NCBI GenBank assembly: GCA_009694735.1
Contig: SHUG01000002.1
Coordinates: 6,533 to 70,532 of the forward strand
Source of the DNA: Acidobacteriota bacterium
Lineage (GTDB): Bacteria > Acidobacteriota > Vicinamibacteria > Vicinamibacterales > UBA2999
Length of the DNA stretch: 64,000 bases
Direction of reading: 5' to 3'
Position 1 is the stretch's first letter; the number at the start of each line of letters is the position of its first letter. Below, piece by piece: positions 1 to 11,625 of the stretch. Position numbers and translations under genes: made by a program. Below the pieces are notes generated by a model, which worked only from the letters and a program-made list of their open reading frames with translations, ran no database searches and was not told the origin of the DNA.

Positions 1-1932
<1,932 letters not shown>

Positions 1933-1936
1933 TTCG

Positions 1937-3952
1937 CTACTGTAACTTCTTCCGCTCATCCAATAGGTATGCCCGCAGGGCCGCGACGGCGGCCTTGTCG
2001 AGTTCCGCGAAGCGCGGCATGCCGCGTTCCACCAGCGATCCGTCCAGGATCTTCTCCAGGCCCGAGTAGACACCGGCCGATGACCGTCGCAGATCCGGCA
2101 GGACGGTAGCGCCGCCGTGGCAACGGACGCAGTAGGTATTGAAGATCTTGCCGCCCGCCGTGATGTCCTCGGGCTTCGCGTTGCTGGCGATCGCGGTCAC
2201 CGTGCGTGGTCGCGGCCGCGATGGCAGCGAGGCCGTGCCGCCCAGTGCGAACGTCAGCAAGCGGCCGTAACTGCGCGCCTTCTTCGGGAACGCGCCACCC
2301 CAGCCGGCCATGACCGAGACGTATTGCTTGCCGTCGATCATGTACGTGATCGGCGGCGCGACGATGCCGGTCGTCGCCCACGACGACCAGAGCTGTTGAC
2401 CGGTGGCCGCGTTGTAGGCGATGAAGTCGCCGGCCGCAGTGCCTTGAAAGACCAGGTTGCCGGCGGTGGCCAGCGTTCCGCCATTCCAGTAGGCGCCGTA
2501 CTCAGCTGTCCATCGCGGCTTGCGAGCAATCGGATCCCACGCCAGCAACCGGCCCTTATAGGGAATGTCGTAGCGGTCGACATTGCGGCCGGTGGGCGCC
2601 AGGCCGAGGTTGTATTCGAGCGGCTTGTATTCAAAGCCTTCCTGCTTCTCGTAGTAGCGCCCGTTGTCCTGGGCGGGAATGTAGACGAGGCCGGTCTTCG
2701 GGCTGAACGACATCGCCTGCCAGTTGTGCCCGCCGAGCGGACCCGGGCGGATGTAAGTGCCCTTGTCGGCGTAATCGGCGCCTGGCACCTCCACCGGCCG
2801 GCCCGTCTTCATGTCGACGTGCGACGCCCAGTTCACCGTCACATACGGATCGGCGGACAACAGCTCGCCAGTCGCGCGATCCAGCACGTAGAAGAACCCG
2901 TTCTTCGGCGCCTGCATGATCACTTTGCGCTGCCGTCCGCCGATCTGCAGGTCGGCCAGCATCATCGGCTGCACCGCGGTGTAGTCCCAGGTGTCGCCTG
3001 GCACCGTCTGGTAGTGCCAGACCAGCTCGCCGTTGTCGGGATTGATGGCGAGGATCGACGCCAAGTACAAGTTATCGCCGCCGCCCGGGCTCCGCAGGTG
3101 ACGGTTCCAGGTGGCGCCGTTGCCGGTGCCGACGTAGAGCAGGTTGATCTCGGGGTCGTAGACGATCGAATCCCAGACCGTGCCGCCGCCGCCGAACTTC
3201 CACCAGTCGTTGCCCTTCCACGTCGGCAGCGCCCGGTCGAGCGCCTTGTTCTCCTGTGGCTTCGACGGATCGCCAGGCACGGTGTAGAAGCGCCACGCGA
3301 GCTTGCCGGTCTCGGCGTCGTACGCAGAGACGTAGCCGCGCACGCCGTACTCGGCGCCGCCGTTACCGATGATCACCTTGCCCTTCGCAATCCGCGGTGC
3401 GCCGGTGCTGGTATACGCCTGCTTCTGATCGACCGTCGTCACCGACCACGACGGCTTGCCGCTCTTGGCGTCGATCGCGATCAAGCGCCCATCGAGAGCG
3501 CCAAGATACACGCGGCCCTTGTAGAACGCCGCGCCGCGGTTGACGACATCACAGCACGCGAGTTGGTCGTACTTGCGATGCACCTCGGGGTCGAACTTCC
3601 ACAGTTGCTGTCCGGTCCTGGCATCGACGGCATAGACGACGCTCCACGAGGCCGTGGTGTACATGATGCCGTCGATGACGAGCGGAGTCGCCTCGAGGCC
3701 GCGGTCGGTCGCCGTCTCGAACGACCACGCCAGCCCGAGCTTGGCGGCGTTGGCGTCGTTGATCTGATCCAGCGGACTGAAGCGTTGCTCGTAGTAATCG
3801 CGCCCGTAGGAGAGCCAATCTCCCGGGCGAGATTCCACGCTCGCCAGCGCCCGGTCGTCGACTGGCAGGGGAGCCTGCGCCGGTTGCGCTGAGACGAGCG
3901 CCACCAAGCCAAGCAGGAGAGCTGCGACGCCTCCGATAAATCGGCGGATCAT
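1937..3952 (-). CDS. PQQ-dependent quinohemoprotein alcohol dehydrogenase (C-terminal cytochrome c domain)
   Basis: Signal peptide and a beta-propeller with repeated W motifs. It has the adjacent Cys-Cys ring motif (ACCDVVNRG) typical of PQQ ADHs and a C-terminal CVRCH heme c site. Confidence 0.9.
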   Translation of the reverse strand: MIRRFIGGVAALLLGLVALVSAQPAQAPLPVDDRALASVESRPGDWLSYGRDYYEQRFSPLDQINDANAAKLGLAWSFETATDRGLEATPLVIDGIMYTTASWSVVYAVDARTGQQLWKFDPEVHRKYDQLACCDVVNRGAAFYKGRVYLGALDGRLIAIDAKSGKPSWSVTTVDQKQAYTSTGAPRIAKGKVIIGNGGAEYGVRGYVSAYDAETGKLAWRFYTVPGDPSKPQENKALDRALPTWKGNDWWKFGGGGTVWDSIVYDPEINLLYVGTGNGATWNRHLRSPGGGDNLYLASILAINPDNGELVWHYQTVPGDTWDYTAVQPMMLADLQIGGRQRKVIMQAPKNGFFYVLDRATGELLSADPYVTVNWASHVDMKTGRPVEVPGADYADKGTYIRPGPLGGHNWQAMSFSPKTGLVYIPAQDNGRYYEKQEGFEYKPLEYNLGLAPTGRNVDRYDIPYKGRLLAWDPIARKPRWTAEYGAYWNGGTLATAGNLVFQGTAAGDFIAYNAATGQQLWSSWATTGIVAPPITYMIDGKQYVSVMAGWGGAFPKKARSYGRLLTFALGGTASLPSRPRPRTVTAIASNAKPEDITAGGKIFNTYCVRCHGGATVLPDLRRSSAGVYSGLEKILDGSLVERGMPRFAELDKAAVAALRAYLLDERKKLQ

Positions 3953-3960
3953 GGTGAACC

Positions 3961-5130
3961 TCAGCGCTTCAAGCGCGGGATGAACTTCGTGATGCCCTGG
4001 ATGGGGCCGACTTCGCCGCCGAACACGTTGCCTTGGGCATCAACCGCGACGCCTTCGCCCATCGAGCCGTAGCCGCCCATGCCCGAGGCCTGCTTCGAGA
4101 CATGCTCGGGAACGAAGTACCACACCTCGCCGGTGCGGGCGCTGCCGATACGCAGCCCCTTGCGCCAGCCCGGGTTGTAGTTGTCATCGGACTCGGAGTC
4201 GATCGCATACAGCGTGTCGTTACGATCGATGTCGAGACCGCTGATGCGGCTGAACTGATACCAGGTATCGAGGTGCTTGCCGTCCTGGTCGAAGATCTGG
4301 ATGCGGCGGTTGCCGCGATCGGCGACGAACAGGCGCCCTTTGGAATCCATGGCCAGCGAGTGCGGTCCGCGGAACTGGCTCGGTCCGTAGCCGTACGAGC
4401 CGAAGGTCTTGATGAACTTGCCGTCGGCCGAGAACTTCGAGATGCGGCCAATCGCGCCGGGGCCGTCCTGGTCGAGGAACTGCGCGCCGTGCGCCTCGGC
4501 CACGAAGATGCTGCCGTCGGGCGCAATCAGCACATCGTTCGGCTCGCTGAACTTCGTCGGCGGGTCGCCGGCCTCTCCAGGCGTGCCGAGCACCAGCAAG
4601 ACTTTGCCCTGCGGGCTGAACTTGGTGACCGTGTGGCCCTTGCCCCTGGCGTCGGGAAACTGTTTCAGCTCGGCGGCCGTGGCCGAGCGCGCGTCCACCA
4701 CCCACACGTTGCCTTGCTGGTCGACGTCCATGCCGTGCGGCCAGAGGATGACGCCCGCGCCGAAGCTCTGGACGACCTTGCCGGTGGGATCGAGTTTGAC
4801 GATTGGGTTCACATTGGAGCCCGCGCAGGAATTGGCGCCGCAGCGATCGCCGGCCCAGATGTGCTTGCCGTCGGGATCGACGCTGATCGCGCTGACTGAC
4901 CCCCACTTGCGTCCATCAGGCAGCGTGCCGAAGTTGCGCACGGTCTCGTAGGGGTTCGGGAGATTGTTGATGGGCGTGACCTTGGCGTGTTCGGGCGGAC
5001 CGGACGCGCCGCGCGGCGGCGCGGCGGGGACCGGCGGCGCTTGCGGCGCCTGGCCCATCAGGCTGACGCTGACAAGGGCCAGCAGTGCGGTGCTGAGCAG
5101 GGCGGCGGAACGGCGGCGAGTCGTGGTCAT
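3961..5130 (-). CDS. NHL-repeat beta-propeller protein (secreted)
   Basis: The internal ATG at 5130 gives the signal peptide [20 protein letters not shown]. Repeated NHL-like blades are visible (e.g. [17 protein letters not shown]). The upstream part of the 445-aa ORF looks non-coding. Confidence 0.75.
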   Translation of the reverse strand: MTTTRRRSAALLSTALLALVSVSLMGQAPQAPPVPAAPPRGASGPPEHAKVTPINNLPNPYETVRNFGTLPDGRKWGSVSAISVDPDGKHIWAGDRCGANSCAGSNVNPIVKLDPTGKVVQSFGAGVILWPHGMDVDQQGNVWVVDARSATAAELKQFPDARGKGHTVTKFSPQGKVLLVLGTPGEAGDPPTKFSEPNDVLIAPDGSIFVAEAHGAQFLDQDGPGAIGRISKFSADGKFIKTFGSYGYGPSQFRGPHSLAMDSKGRLFVADRGNRRIQIFDQDGKHLDTWYQFSRISGLDIDRNDTLYAIDSESDDNYNPGWRKGLRIGSARTGEVWYFVPEHVSKQASGMGGYGSMGEGVAVDAQGNVFGGEVGPIQGITKFIPRLKR

Positions 5131-5301
5131 CGGGCGTCTCCCTTGATTGCGAGATTGTCGTGCTTCCGGCGCGGCTACGCAAGCCGTGGGGCTGCGCGGC
5201 GGCTGATCACGCCAGCCGGGGGCGCTGGACTTCCGCGTTGAAGGTCCTAGCGGCACTGTTTTAGAAAGGCACCCTAAGCCTGGAGCGCGCAGCAGCATGA
5301 A

Positions 5302-5838
5302 TCACGGGAGCAGCGCCAGACCCGCCAGCGTTTTCAGGTCCACGATCTCGCCCGAGAGCACCAGCGCGCGGGCCTCGTCGATCGTGAACGTGCGCGGCTC
5401 GATCTCTTCGTCCTCGTCCTTGCGGACCGTCGAGTCCGCAGCCGGTGGACGCAGGTCTTCGCACCGGCAGTAGATCATCTCTTCATCACAGAAGCCCGGC
5501 GTCGGGAAGTACCCGCGCAACCGCGTGACCCGGCCCGGTAGCAAGCCAATCTCTTCCTCGCACTCCCTCGCTGCCGCGGCCGCCGGATCTTCACCAGGCT
5601 TCAGCGTGCCGGCGGGCAATTCCCAGATCCAGCGGTCGATCGCATAGCGATACTGGCGGATGAGGATGATCGAGCCGGGTGCGGGCACCGGCAAGAGCAC
5701 GACCGATCCGGGGTGCCGGACGATCTCCATGTCCAGCGTGTGCCCGCTGGGGACGGTCACGCGATCGACCTCGAGCCTGACGATGCGCCCGGTGTGAATC
5801 ACCCGGTGCGAGAGACGGGTGGCGGTGCGGCTATTCAT
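5302..5838 (-). CDS. NUDIX hydrolase (ADP-ribose pyrophosphatase-like)
   Basis: Nudix box GTLKPGEDPAAAAARECEEEIGL. Confidence 0.85.
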   Translation of the reverse strand: MNSRTATRLSHRVIHTGRIVRLEVDRVTVPSGHTLDMEIVRHPGSVVLLPVPAPGSIILIRQYRYAIDRWIWELPAGTLKPGEDPAAAAARECEEEIGLLPGRVTRLRGYFPTPGFCDEEMIYCRCEDLRPPAADSTVRKDEDEEIEPRTFTIDEARALVLSGEIVDLKTLAGLALLP

Positions 5839-5845
5839 GTCTCAC

Positions 5846-6577
5846 CTACCGCGGCTTCGTCCCGACGAACCACTCGAAGGCCGCGCGAATCTCGGCGGGC
5901 GGCACGCGGTGGCCGCCTTGGTACTCGCGATAGGTCACGTCGTATCCGTCGGCCTTCAACTTTGGCAGATAGACCCGTGCGGTCTTGTCGATGGGCATTT
6001 GCGTGTCGTCCACGCCGTGGGCCATGAAAATTTTCGGCGTGCCCTGGTTGCGATACGGAATCATCTGCCCGCCCATGAAAATGATCAGGTGATTAAAGCT
6101 GTCGCCGTACGCCAGGCCCATCGACAGCGCGTAGCCGGCGCCGTCGGAGACGCCGCCGAGGGCGACGCGGGTGGTGTCGATGTCGACGATCTCGGCGACT
6201 CGGCGATAGGCGGGGCCCAGGTAGCGAACGTCGTCGTCGAAGCCGGGGATGGACCGGCCCCACGTCAGCCCGCGCGATTCGGGCGCGATCATGACGACGC
6301 CGAATTCCTCGGCCAGCGGGAACATGCCGCGCACGCCCTCGCCGGTGCCGGCAAACCCGTGCAGCATCATCATCAGCGGCATCGGCACGCCGGGCTTGTA
6401 GCTCTTGGGCACGTAGAGCGTGCCGTCGCGGTCGTCGTCCGAGATCCCGAGGCGGCTCTGGCCATAGGGGACCGCCGCGGGTGCTGGCTCCTGCGCGGCG
6501 AGCGGCGAGCCGTGCAGCAGGCCCAGGGCGCCGACGGCACTCGACGAGATGAAGACGCGTCGATTCATGGGCGGCAC
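5846..6577 (-). CDS. alpha/beta hydrolase, phospholipase/carboxylesterase-like, secreted
   Basis: N-terminal Tat/Sec-like signal (MNRRVFISSSAVGALGLL), a nucleophile elbow GVSDG, and a conserved HG near the C-terminus. Confidence 0.7.
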   Translation of the reverse strand: MPPMNRRVFISSSAVGALGLLHGSPLAAQEPAPAAVPYGQSRLGISDDDRDGTLYVPKSYKPGVPMPLMMMLHGFAGTGEGVRGMFPLAEEFGVVMIAPESRGLTWGRSIPGFDDDVRYLGPAYRRVAEIVDIDTTRVALGGVSDGAGYALSMGLAYGDSFNHLIIFMGGQMIPYRNQGTPKIFMAHGVDDTQMPIDKTARVYLPKLKADGYDVTYREYQGGHRVPPAEIRAAFEWFVGTKPR

Positions 6578-6650
6578 GTTACTACACTCCGCCGCGTCGG
6601 CGCGCGCGGCGTGGTCGCTATGTTAAACCGACCGGCGTGCCGCGCCGTCG

Positions 6651-7277
6651 ATGCAGCGGATTCCCGTCGGCGGCGTCTTCGGCCCGGGCGAGCGCGACGC
6701 CGAGTTCGATCAGCGCACTTCCGATGCGCTGCGCGGGTCGATGGAGCGCAGCCGGCAGACGCTCCAGCGTGGGCTCGATGGCGGACTGGCCGCGGCCAAC
6801 ATCGCGATACAGGCGTGGGCGGTCCTCCACACGAGCGATCACACCTGCCGCGCCAACACCGCGCCGGCCTCGATGCCGATTGTGCCGTCGATGTGCGCCG
6901 GGTCGGGCGAATGCGCGGCGTGCTACTCGCAGGCCTATGCCCGTTTGGACCGCTCGCGCGGCAATCTCGAGAAACTCCGCTGCATCTATCGCTGGAACCA
7001 GGAATACGTCGAGCGCGCGAAGTCTTTCGGCGACAACGTCAGCAGCGTGCACGGCATCTCGGGGCTGGCGTGGCAGTCCGAGCGGCGTAAGATCGAGCGG
7101 GCGTTCGACCAGATGGGTGTCACCGACGACGGAAAATATCGTCAGCTGCTGCGCTCCGTCCGCGACGACTTGGGCAACATCGGCGCCTGCGAAGCGCGCT
7201 TCTTCAGTAATCCAGACTGGGCCGTTCGCTACGGCTTCATGTTCTACGGCTTTCTCGAGGATCGCTACCGCCGCTGA
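6651..7277 (+). CDS. hypothetical protein
   Basis: High third-position GC, and the C-terminal half looks like real protein (…RWNQEYVERAKSFGDNVSS…). I recognise no motif. The start is uncertain. Confidence 0.45.
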   Translation: MQRIPVGGVFGPGERDAEFDQRTSDALRGSMERSRQTLQRGLDGGLAAANIAIQAWAVLHTSDHTCRANTAPASMPIVPSMCAGSGECAACYSQAYARLDRSRGNLEKLRCIYRWNQEYVERAKSFGDNVSSVHGISGLAWQSERRKIERAFDQMGVTDDGKYRQLLRSVRDDLGNIGACEARFFSNPDWAVRYGFMFYGFLEDRYRR

Positions 7278-7285
7278 GGCGGCGG

Positions 7286-9073
7286 CTATCGCGACAGAAT
7301 CACGAACTCGACACGCCGGTTGAGCAGCCGGTTCTTGTCCGTGTCGTTGGCGGCCATCGGCTGGCTTTCGCCGAAGCCCTTCGATTGCAGCCGCGCGGCC
7401 GCGATCCCGGCCTTGCTCAGGTACGTCACCACCGACGCCGCGCGGCCGTCCGATAATTTCTGATTGGTCGCGTCATCGTCCACCGCATCGGTGTGCCCGC
7501 GGATCTCAATCCGCATGGCCGGCATGTCACGCAGCAGCGTCGCAAGGCGATCGAGTTCGGCGCGTGACTCGGGCAGCAGCTCTGTCTTGGCGGTGTCGAA
7601 GAAGATGTTGTTCAATCGGATGGGCACGCCGGTCGCGATGGGAATGAGGATCAGGTTGCGCTCGAAGACCTGTTGGTCCTTGGCCTGCCGCAGATCGATG
7701 CGATCGCTCACCGCGATATAGCCGCCGGCGGAGGCGCGGAAGCCGTAGTCTTCGCCGATCGGCAGCGCAATCTGGTACCGCCCGTCACTTGGGTTGGCGC
7801 CGGCCTGGCCCGCCGCCTGTGTGTTCTTCAGGAACTCATACAGGATGCCCGCCGGCACCGGCTTCCCTGACGGGTCGGTGACCGTCCCGCGAACAAACGC
7901 CACCGGCGATGGCCGCATCGCCGCCGGCAGCTCGAACTCGTAGATGTCTTCCTTGCCGCGCTCGCCAAGCGACATAAAGGCCATCCGGCCGGTAGCGTCC
8001 ACGGCCAGGTTCATGTCGGCCTGCCTGGTGTTGATGTCGGGCCCGAGGTTTTGCGGCGGCGACCACTTCAGCCAGGTGTCGTCGAGCCGGCGCGACATCC
8101 AGATGTCGTTCTCACCCAGCCCACCGGCGCGTCCGGTCGAGAAATAGAGCGTCTGGTTGTCGGGCGCCAGCCACGGCGAGATCTCCTCTTGCGGCGAGTT
8201 GAGAATGGCGACGTTGAGCGGCTTGGCCCAGCGGCCGTCTGGCTGGATCAACGAGATGAACAGATCGCGGCTGCGGTTCTGGCTCTCGCTGTTGACGAGC
8301 GACAGAATCAACGCGCGTCCATTCGGAGCCAGAAAATAGTCGCTGCGCACGCCAGGCTGGTGCGCGAAGCCGATGATCTTGAGCGGCGCCGCCTCGCTCC
8401 ACGCGTTGCCGTTGCGGCGGCTGAAGCCAATCACCTTGTTCTGGTCGTCGCGCGTGGCATCGGGCGCCACGAGCGGTGGCAGCGCCGGCTTGGCGCCGGG
8501 CGCGCCCTGCTTGAGAATGTCGAACAGGTTGGCGTTGGGGTCGAAGTTTTTTGCGAACTCTCCAAACGGATCGCCGGCCTGCCACGTGCCCACGAGCAAG
8601 GTGTTGCCGTCCGGCAGCGCGGTGACGACGCCGGAACTCGAGACCTCGTTGTTGAGCGGAGCGGCCTGCCGCACGGCGGCCGACTAGGTGCCATCGGGCA
8701 GGCGGGTCGACTTGAACACGGTCTGCTTAACCGGGCCCGCGGGTGTCGCCGTGGCCTTGTTCGCCGAGGCCCGCGACTGCGCGATGACCTCTTCCATCAT
8801 CTTGCGCTGATCGGGCGGCAGCTTCTCCAGTTGCGCCTCGAGCGCCTTGAGGTTGGCCTCCATCGCGCTGGTGACGCGATTGATCATCGCGCCGTCCACA
8901 CCCTCGCGAATGAACCACAGCGTCTGCCCGTCGGGGCTGATCACCGGCAGCAATTCGCGATGGGTCGTGGTGTTGACGTTGGGGCCGAGCGGCCGTTTCT
9001 TGGCGGGCCCCTGCGCGTAGACCGGCGCGCACAGCGTTGCGAACAGGATGACGGCCGTCGCGAGCTTAAGCAT
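7286..9073 (-). pseudogene. PD40 (TolB-like) repeat / carboxypeptidase-regulatory-like / OmpA C-terminal domain protein, interrupted by an in-frame TAG at 8684-8686
   Basis: ORFs 8684..9073 (signal peptide plus SPDGQTLWF) and 7286..8674 are in the same frame, separated only by TAG. The OmpA motif is at the C-terminus (NRRVEFVILSR). The context DGT*SAAV matches the repeated DG-x-W-S/A motif, so TGG->TAG is likely. Confidence 0.75.
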
Positions 9074-9107
9074 GGCCCCAGTGTGGCACAGCCCCGCCAG
9101 CCGTCGT

Positions 9108-10244
9108 CTACTCGTCGTCTTCGCCGTCTTCGTCGTGGTGGGTTTCTTCGGCGATCGACACCCGCGCGAACACCGTCTCGCGAATCTCCGGCGGCGCCAA
9201 TTCGTAGGCGATGGCCTCGAGGTCGGCCGGGATCGGCGCCATGAACTCCATCCGCTCCTTGGTCCGCGGGTGGGTGATGACGAGCCGCTCCGCGTGCAGG
9301 AACGGGCGGGCCAGCCGGGTCACCGCCTTCAGTGGATGGGGCACGCGCCGGTGTACGCCGCCGTAGAGCGCGTCGCCGACAATAGGATGGCCGATCGCGC
9401 TCAGGTGGACCCGGATTTGGTGGGTGCGGCCGGTGTGAATAGCCACCCGCAACAAGGTGACACCCTCCAGGTCGCGCGCCCACGTCACGCGGGTGATGGC
9501 GTCGCGCGATCGGCTGGCGCGCGTCGACATCTTCACGCGGTTCTTGGGGTCGCGGCCAATCCGGGCGTTGATGCGCTTGCGCTGCTGCACCAGGCCCCAC
9601 GCCAGCGCCACGTATTCCTTCTCGACTTCGCGATCGTGAAACTGCCGCGTCAGCTCGCGGTGTGCGTCGTCATTCTTGGCCACCACCATCACGCCCGAGG
9701 TTCCCTTGTCGAGCCGATGCACGATGCCCGGGCGAATCTCGCCGCCGATGCCGCTCAGATCCTTGATGTGATGCAGCAGCGCATTGACCAGCGTGCCAGA
9801 CGGGTTGCCCGCGGCCGGATGCACCACCATGCCCGCCGGCTTGTTGACGACGACGATGTCGACATCGTCGTAGAGGATCTCGATGGGCAGGTCTTCGGCT
9901 TGGGCGGCCGTCGCCGTGGGCGCCGGCAGCACCACCGAGATCACGTCGCCGTCGCGGATGTCGCTGTTGGACTTGGCGTCCTGGTAGCGCGAATGCGTGA
10001 CGTGACCGGTTTCGATCAGCCGCTGGATCTGGGACCGCGAGTAGTCGGCGATCTCACCGGCGAGAAATCGGTCGAGACGATCGCCGCGGTTGTCCTCGTT
10101 GGCCGTGAAATGCACGGTCGGCAGCGACGCCCGTGCATCAGGGATCGGGGATCGGGGATCGGGGATCGGGGATCCGGAATCGGGGACTTTCTTCCTGCGA
10201 CCCTTGCTCCGGTCTCTCGTCCCGGGCCCTTTACCCTGGCTCAT
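9108..10244 (-). CDS. rluD: RluA-family 23S rRNA pseudouridine synthase (RluD-like, S4 domain)
   Basis: HRLDKGTSGVMVVAK catalytic motif and an S4-like N-terminus (DRLDRFLAGEI). The ATG at 10244 overlaps the lgt stop (ATGA). An alternative GTG start lies at 10115, downstream of the heptamer array. Confidence 0.85.
   Translation of the reverse strand: MSQGKGPGTRDRSKGRRKKVPDSGSPIPDPRSPIPDARASLPTVHFTANEDNRGDRLDRFLAGEIADYSRSQIQRLIETGHVTHSRYQDAKSNSDIRDGDVISVVLPAPTATAAQAEDLPIEILYDDVDIVVVNKPAGMVVHPAAGNPSGTLVNALLHHIKDLSGIGGEIRPGIVHRLDKGTSGVMVVAKNDDAHRELTRQFHDREVEKEYVALAWGLVQQRKRINARIGRDPKNRVKMSTRASRSRDAITRVTWARDLEGVTLLRVAIHTGRTHQIRVHLSAIGHPIVGDALYGGVHRRVPHPLKAVTRLARPFLHAERLVITHPRTKERMEFMAPIPADLEAIAYELAPPEIRETVFARVSIAEETHHDEDGEDDE
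10137..10185. repeat. heptanucleotide tandem array, 7 units (ATCAGGG, ATCGGGG x4, ATCCGGA, ATCGGGG)
   Basis: Read directly from the sequence. It lies between the lgt stop and the conserved RluD core. Confidence 0.95.
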
Positions 10245-11071
10245 GTGAACCGGGGCTTGCGGGGGCCGTGCGACGGGTCCGCGGTTCCCGCGGCGGCTGG
10301 CCGGTTGGCGCGGCTCAGGTACCACAACATAATCAGGCTGAGCGGGCCGAGGACGACCGAAATGAACTGCGAGGTCGACAGCATGTCGAACACCAGTCCG
10401 CGATCGTCGCCGCGGTAGAACTCGATGATGAAGCGGAGCACGGAGTACAGGAACACAAAGCTCCAGAAGGTCCGGCCTGCAAACGCCCCCTTACGCCTTT
10501 CGAGCAACAGCAGCGCCACGAAAATCACCAGCCCCGCAGCTGATTCGTACAGTTGCGTCGGGTGCAGCCCGACGTTGAGCGGCGTGCCGACGTTGAAATT
10601 GGCGGCCGGGTCGGTAAAGGTGATGGCCCAGGCGACGTCGGTCGGCTTGCCGTAGCAGCAACCAGCCATCAGGCAGCCGAGCCGGCCCACCATGTAGCCG
10701 AGCGCAATGCCGGGTGAGAACAGATCGGCCGACGGCCACAGCGCCAGCCGGTGCTTTCGCAACTGGTAGATGCAGACCAGGAGCGCGGCGATCAGTCCGC
10801 CGTAAAACACGCCGCCCGACCGCAGCAGCGTCGTGAATTCTGCCCAGCTGCTGGTGAAGTGCTGGAAGTCGACGATGAACAGCAGCGCCTTGGCGCCAAC
10901 CAGGGCCGCGATGATCACCCAGATCAGCAGATCCATGATCCGGTTGCCGTCGATGCCGGCGGCCCGTGCTCGCCTGACGGCCAGCCAGAGGCCGGTGAGA
11001 TACGCGGCGGCGAGCAGCACGCCGTAGGAGTAAATGGTGATCGGTCCGGCGTTAAACAGGATTGGATGCAC
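10241..11071 (-). CDS. lgt: prolipoprotein diacylglyceryl transferase
   Basis: Typical Lgt N-terminus (PILFNAGPITIYSYGVLLAAAYL) and a polytopic membrane profile. It sits in the lgt-lspA-ileS neighbourhood. Confidence 0.93.
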   Translation of the reverse strand: MHPILFNAGPITIYSYGVLLAAAYLTGLWLAVRRARAAGIDGNRIMDLLIWVIIAALVGAKALLFIVDFQHFTSSWAEFTTLLRSGGVFYGGLIAALLVCIYQLRKHRLALWPSADLFSPGIALGYMVGRLGCLMAGCCYGKPTDVAWAITFTDPAANFNVGTPLNVGLHPTQLYESAAGLVIFVALLLLERRKGAFAGRTFWSFVFLYSVLRFIIEFYRGDDRGLVFDMLSTSQFISVVLGPLSLIMLWYLSRANRPAAAGTADPSHGPRKPRFT

Positions 11072-11561
11072 GGCTACGCTTCCCTAGTCCAAGAATGTCG
11101 AGAATCATGAAAATCACGCCGAACGTAATGGCGGCATCGGCGACGTTGAAGGCCCAGAAGTGCCAGCCGTCCCAATAGGCATCCACGAAGTCCAGCACGT
11201 ACCCGGCGCTCGCGCGGTCGATCAAGTTGCCGATGGCGCCGCCCAGCACGCCGGCCATGCCGAGGCGGGCCAGCCGATCCCCAAGTGGCACCGTGGCAGC
11301 GTACCATGCGACGCCGCCCAAGGCGATCAGGCCGACCAGCGACAACACCACCGTCTTGAACGGGAACTCCACCGAGTTGAGCATGCCGAACGCCGCGCCG
11401 GTATTGTGCACCCGCGTGAAGTCGACCAAGCCGGGAATCACCACGACGCTCTCGTGCAGCGCGAGCGCAGGCCGAATCATCGCCTTGGTGATCTGATCGA
11501 GGACCACCACGGTGATCGCGACATACAGTTCCAGTCGTCGGGCGGTAAGCACGCCTAGCAA
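11052..11561 (-). CDS. lspA: lipoprotein signal peptidase II
   Basis: LspA motifs NTGAAFG and FNVADAAI. It lies immediately downstream of ileS. Confidence 0.93.
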   Translation of the reverse strand: MLGVLTARRLELYVAITVVVLDQITKAMIRPALALHESVVVIPGLVDFTRVHNTGAAFGMLNSVEFPFKTVVLSLVGLIALGGVAWYAATVPLGDRLARLGMAGVLGGAIGNLIDRASAGYVLDFVDAYWDGWHFWAFNVADAAITFGVIFMILDILGLGKRSRASNPV

Positions 11562-11625
11562 GCTGTCACTACCTGACCTCGAGCCGCGACAACGGAGCGG
11601 CGATCTGAGCGTTCGCAGCAGTTCA

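Noticed and set aside
2117-3892. A 591-aa ORF on the + strand, opposite the PQQ dehydrogenase. Similar long ORFs occur at 8051-9244, 11914-14487, 25483-27300, 27842-28804, 36329-38809, 45846-47222 and 47180-48205.
   Set aside because: They are Arg/Ala/Gly/Pro-rich with no motifs, and they lie antisense or out of frame to strongly supported genes. These are typical shadow ORFs of high-GC DNA.
5131-5301. A possible sigma54-type promoter (TGGCGTGATCAGCCGC) upstream of the NHL/PQQ genes.
   Set aside because: The GG/GC spacing is off by one, and the -12 element does not match TTGC. This is not supportable by eye.
6637-7323. A 228-aa ORF overlapping 6651-7277 in another frame, and the antisense ORF at 6618-7052.
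   Set aside because: They are extremely Arg/Ser/Ala-rich with low-complexity translation. The 6651-7277 frame has better coding character in its C-terminal half, although it remains only a hypothetical protein.
8684-8686. In-frame TAG codons (here and at 59139-59141) considered as evidence for amber reassignment or pyrrolysine.
   Set aside because: TAG terminates several well-supported genes in the window: lon, the PQQ-ADH, the esterase, rluD, mqnB and the PD40/OmpA gene itself. No pyl genes or tRNA-CUA are seen. The first case is explained by a single TGG->TAG transition.
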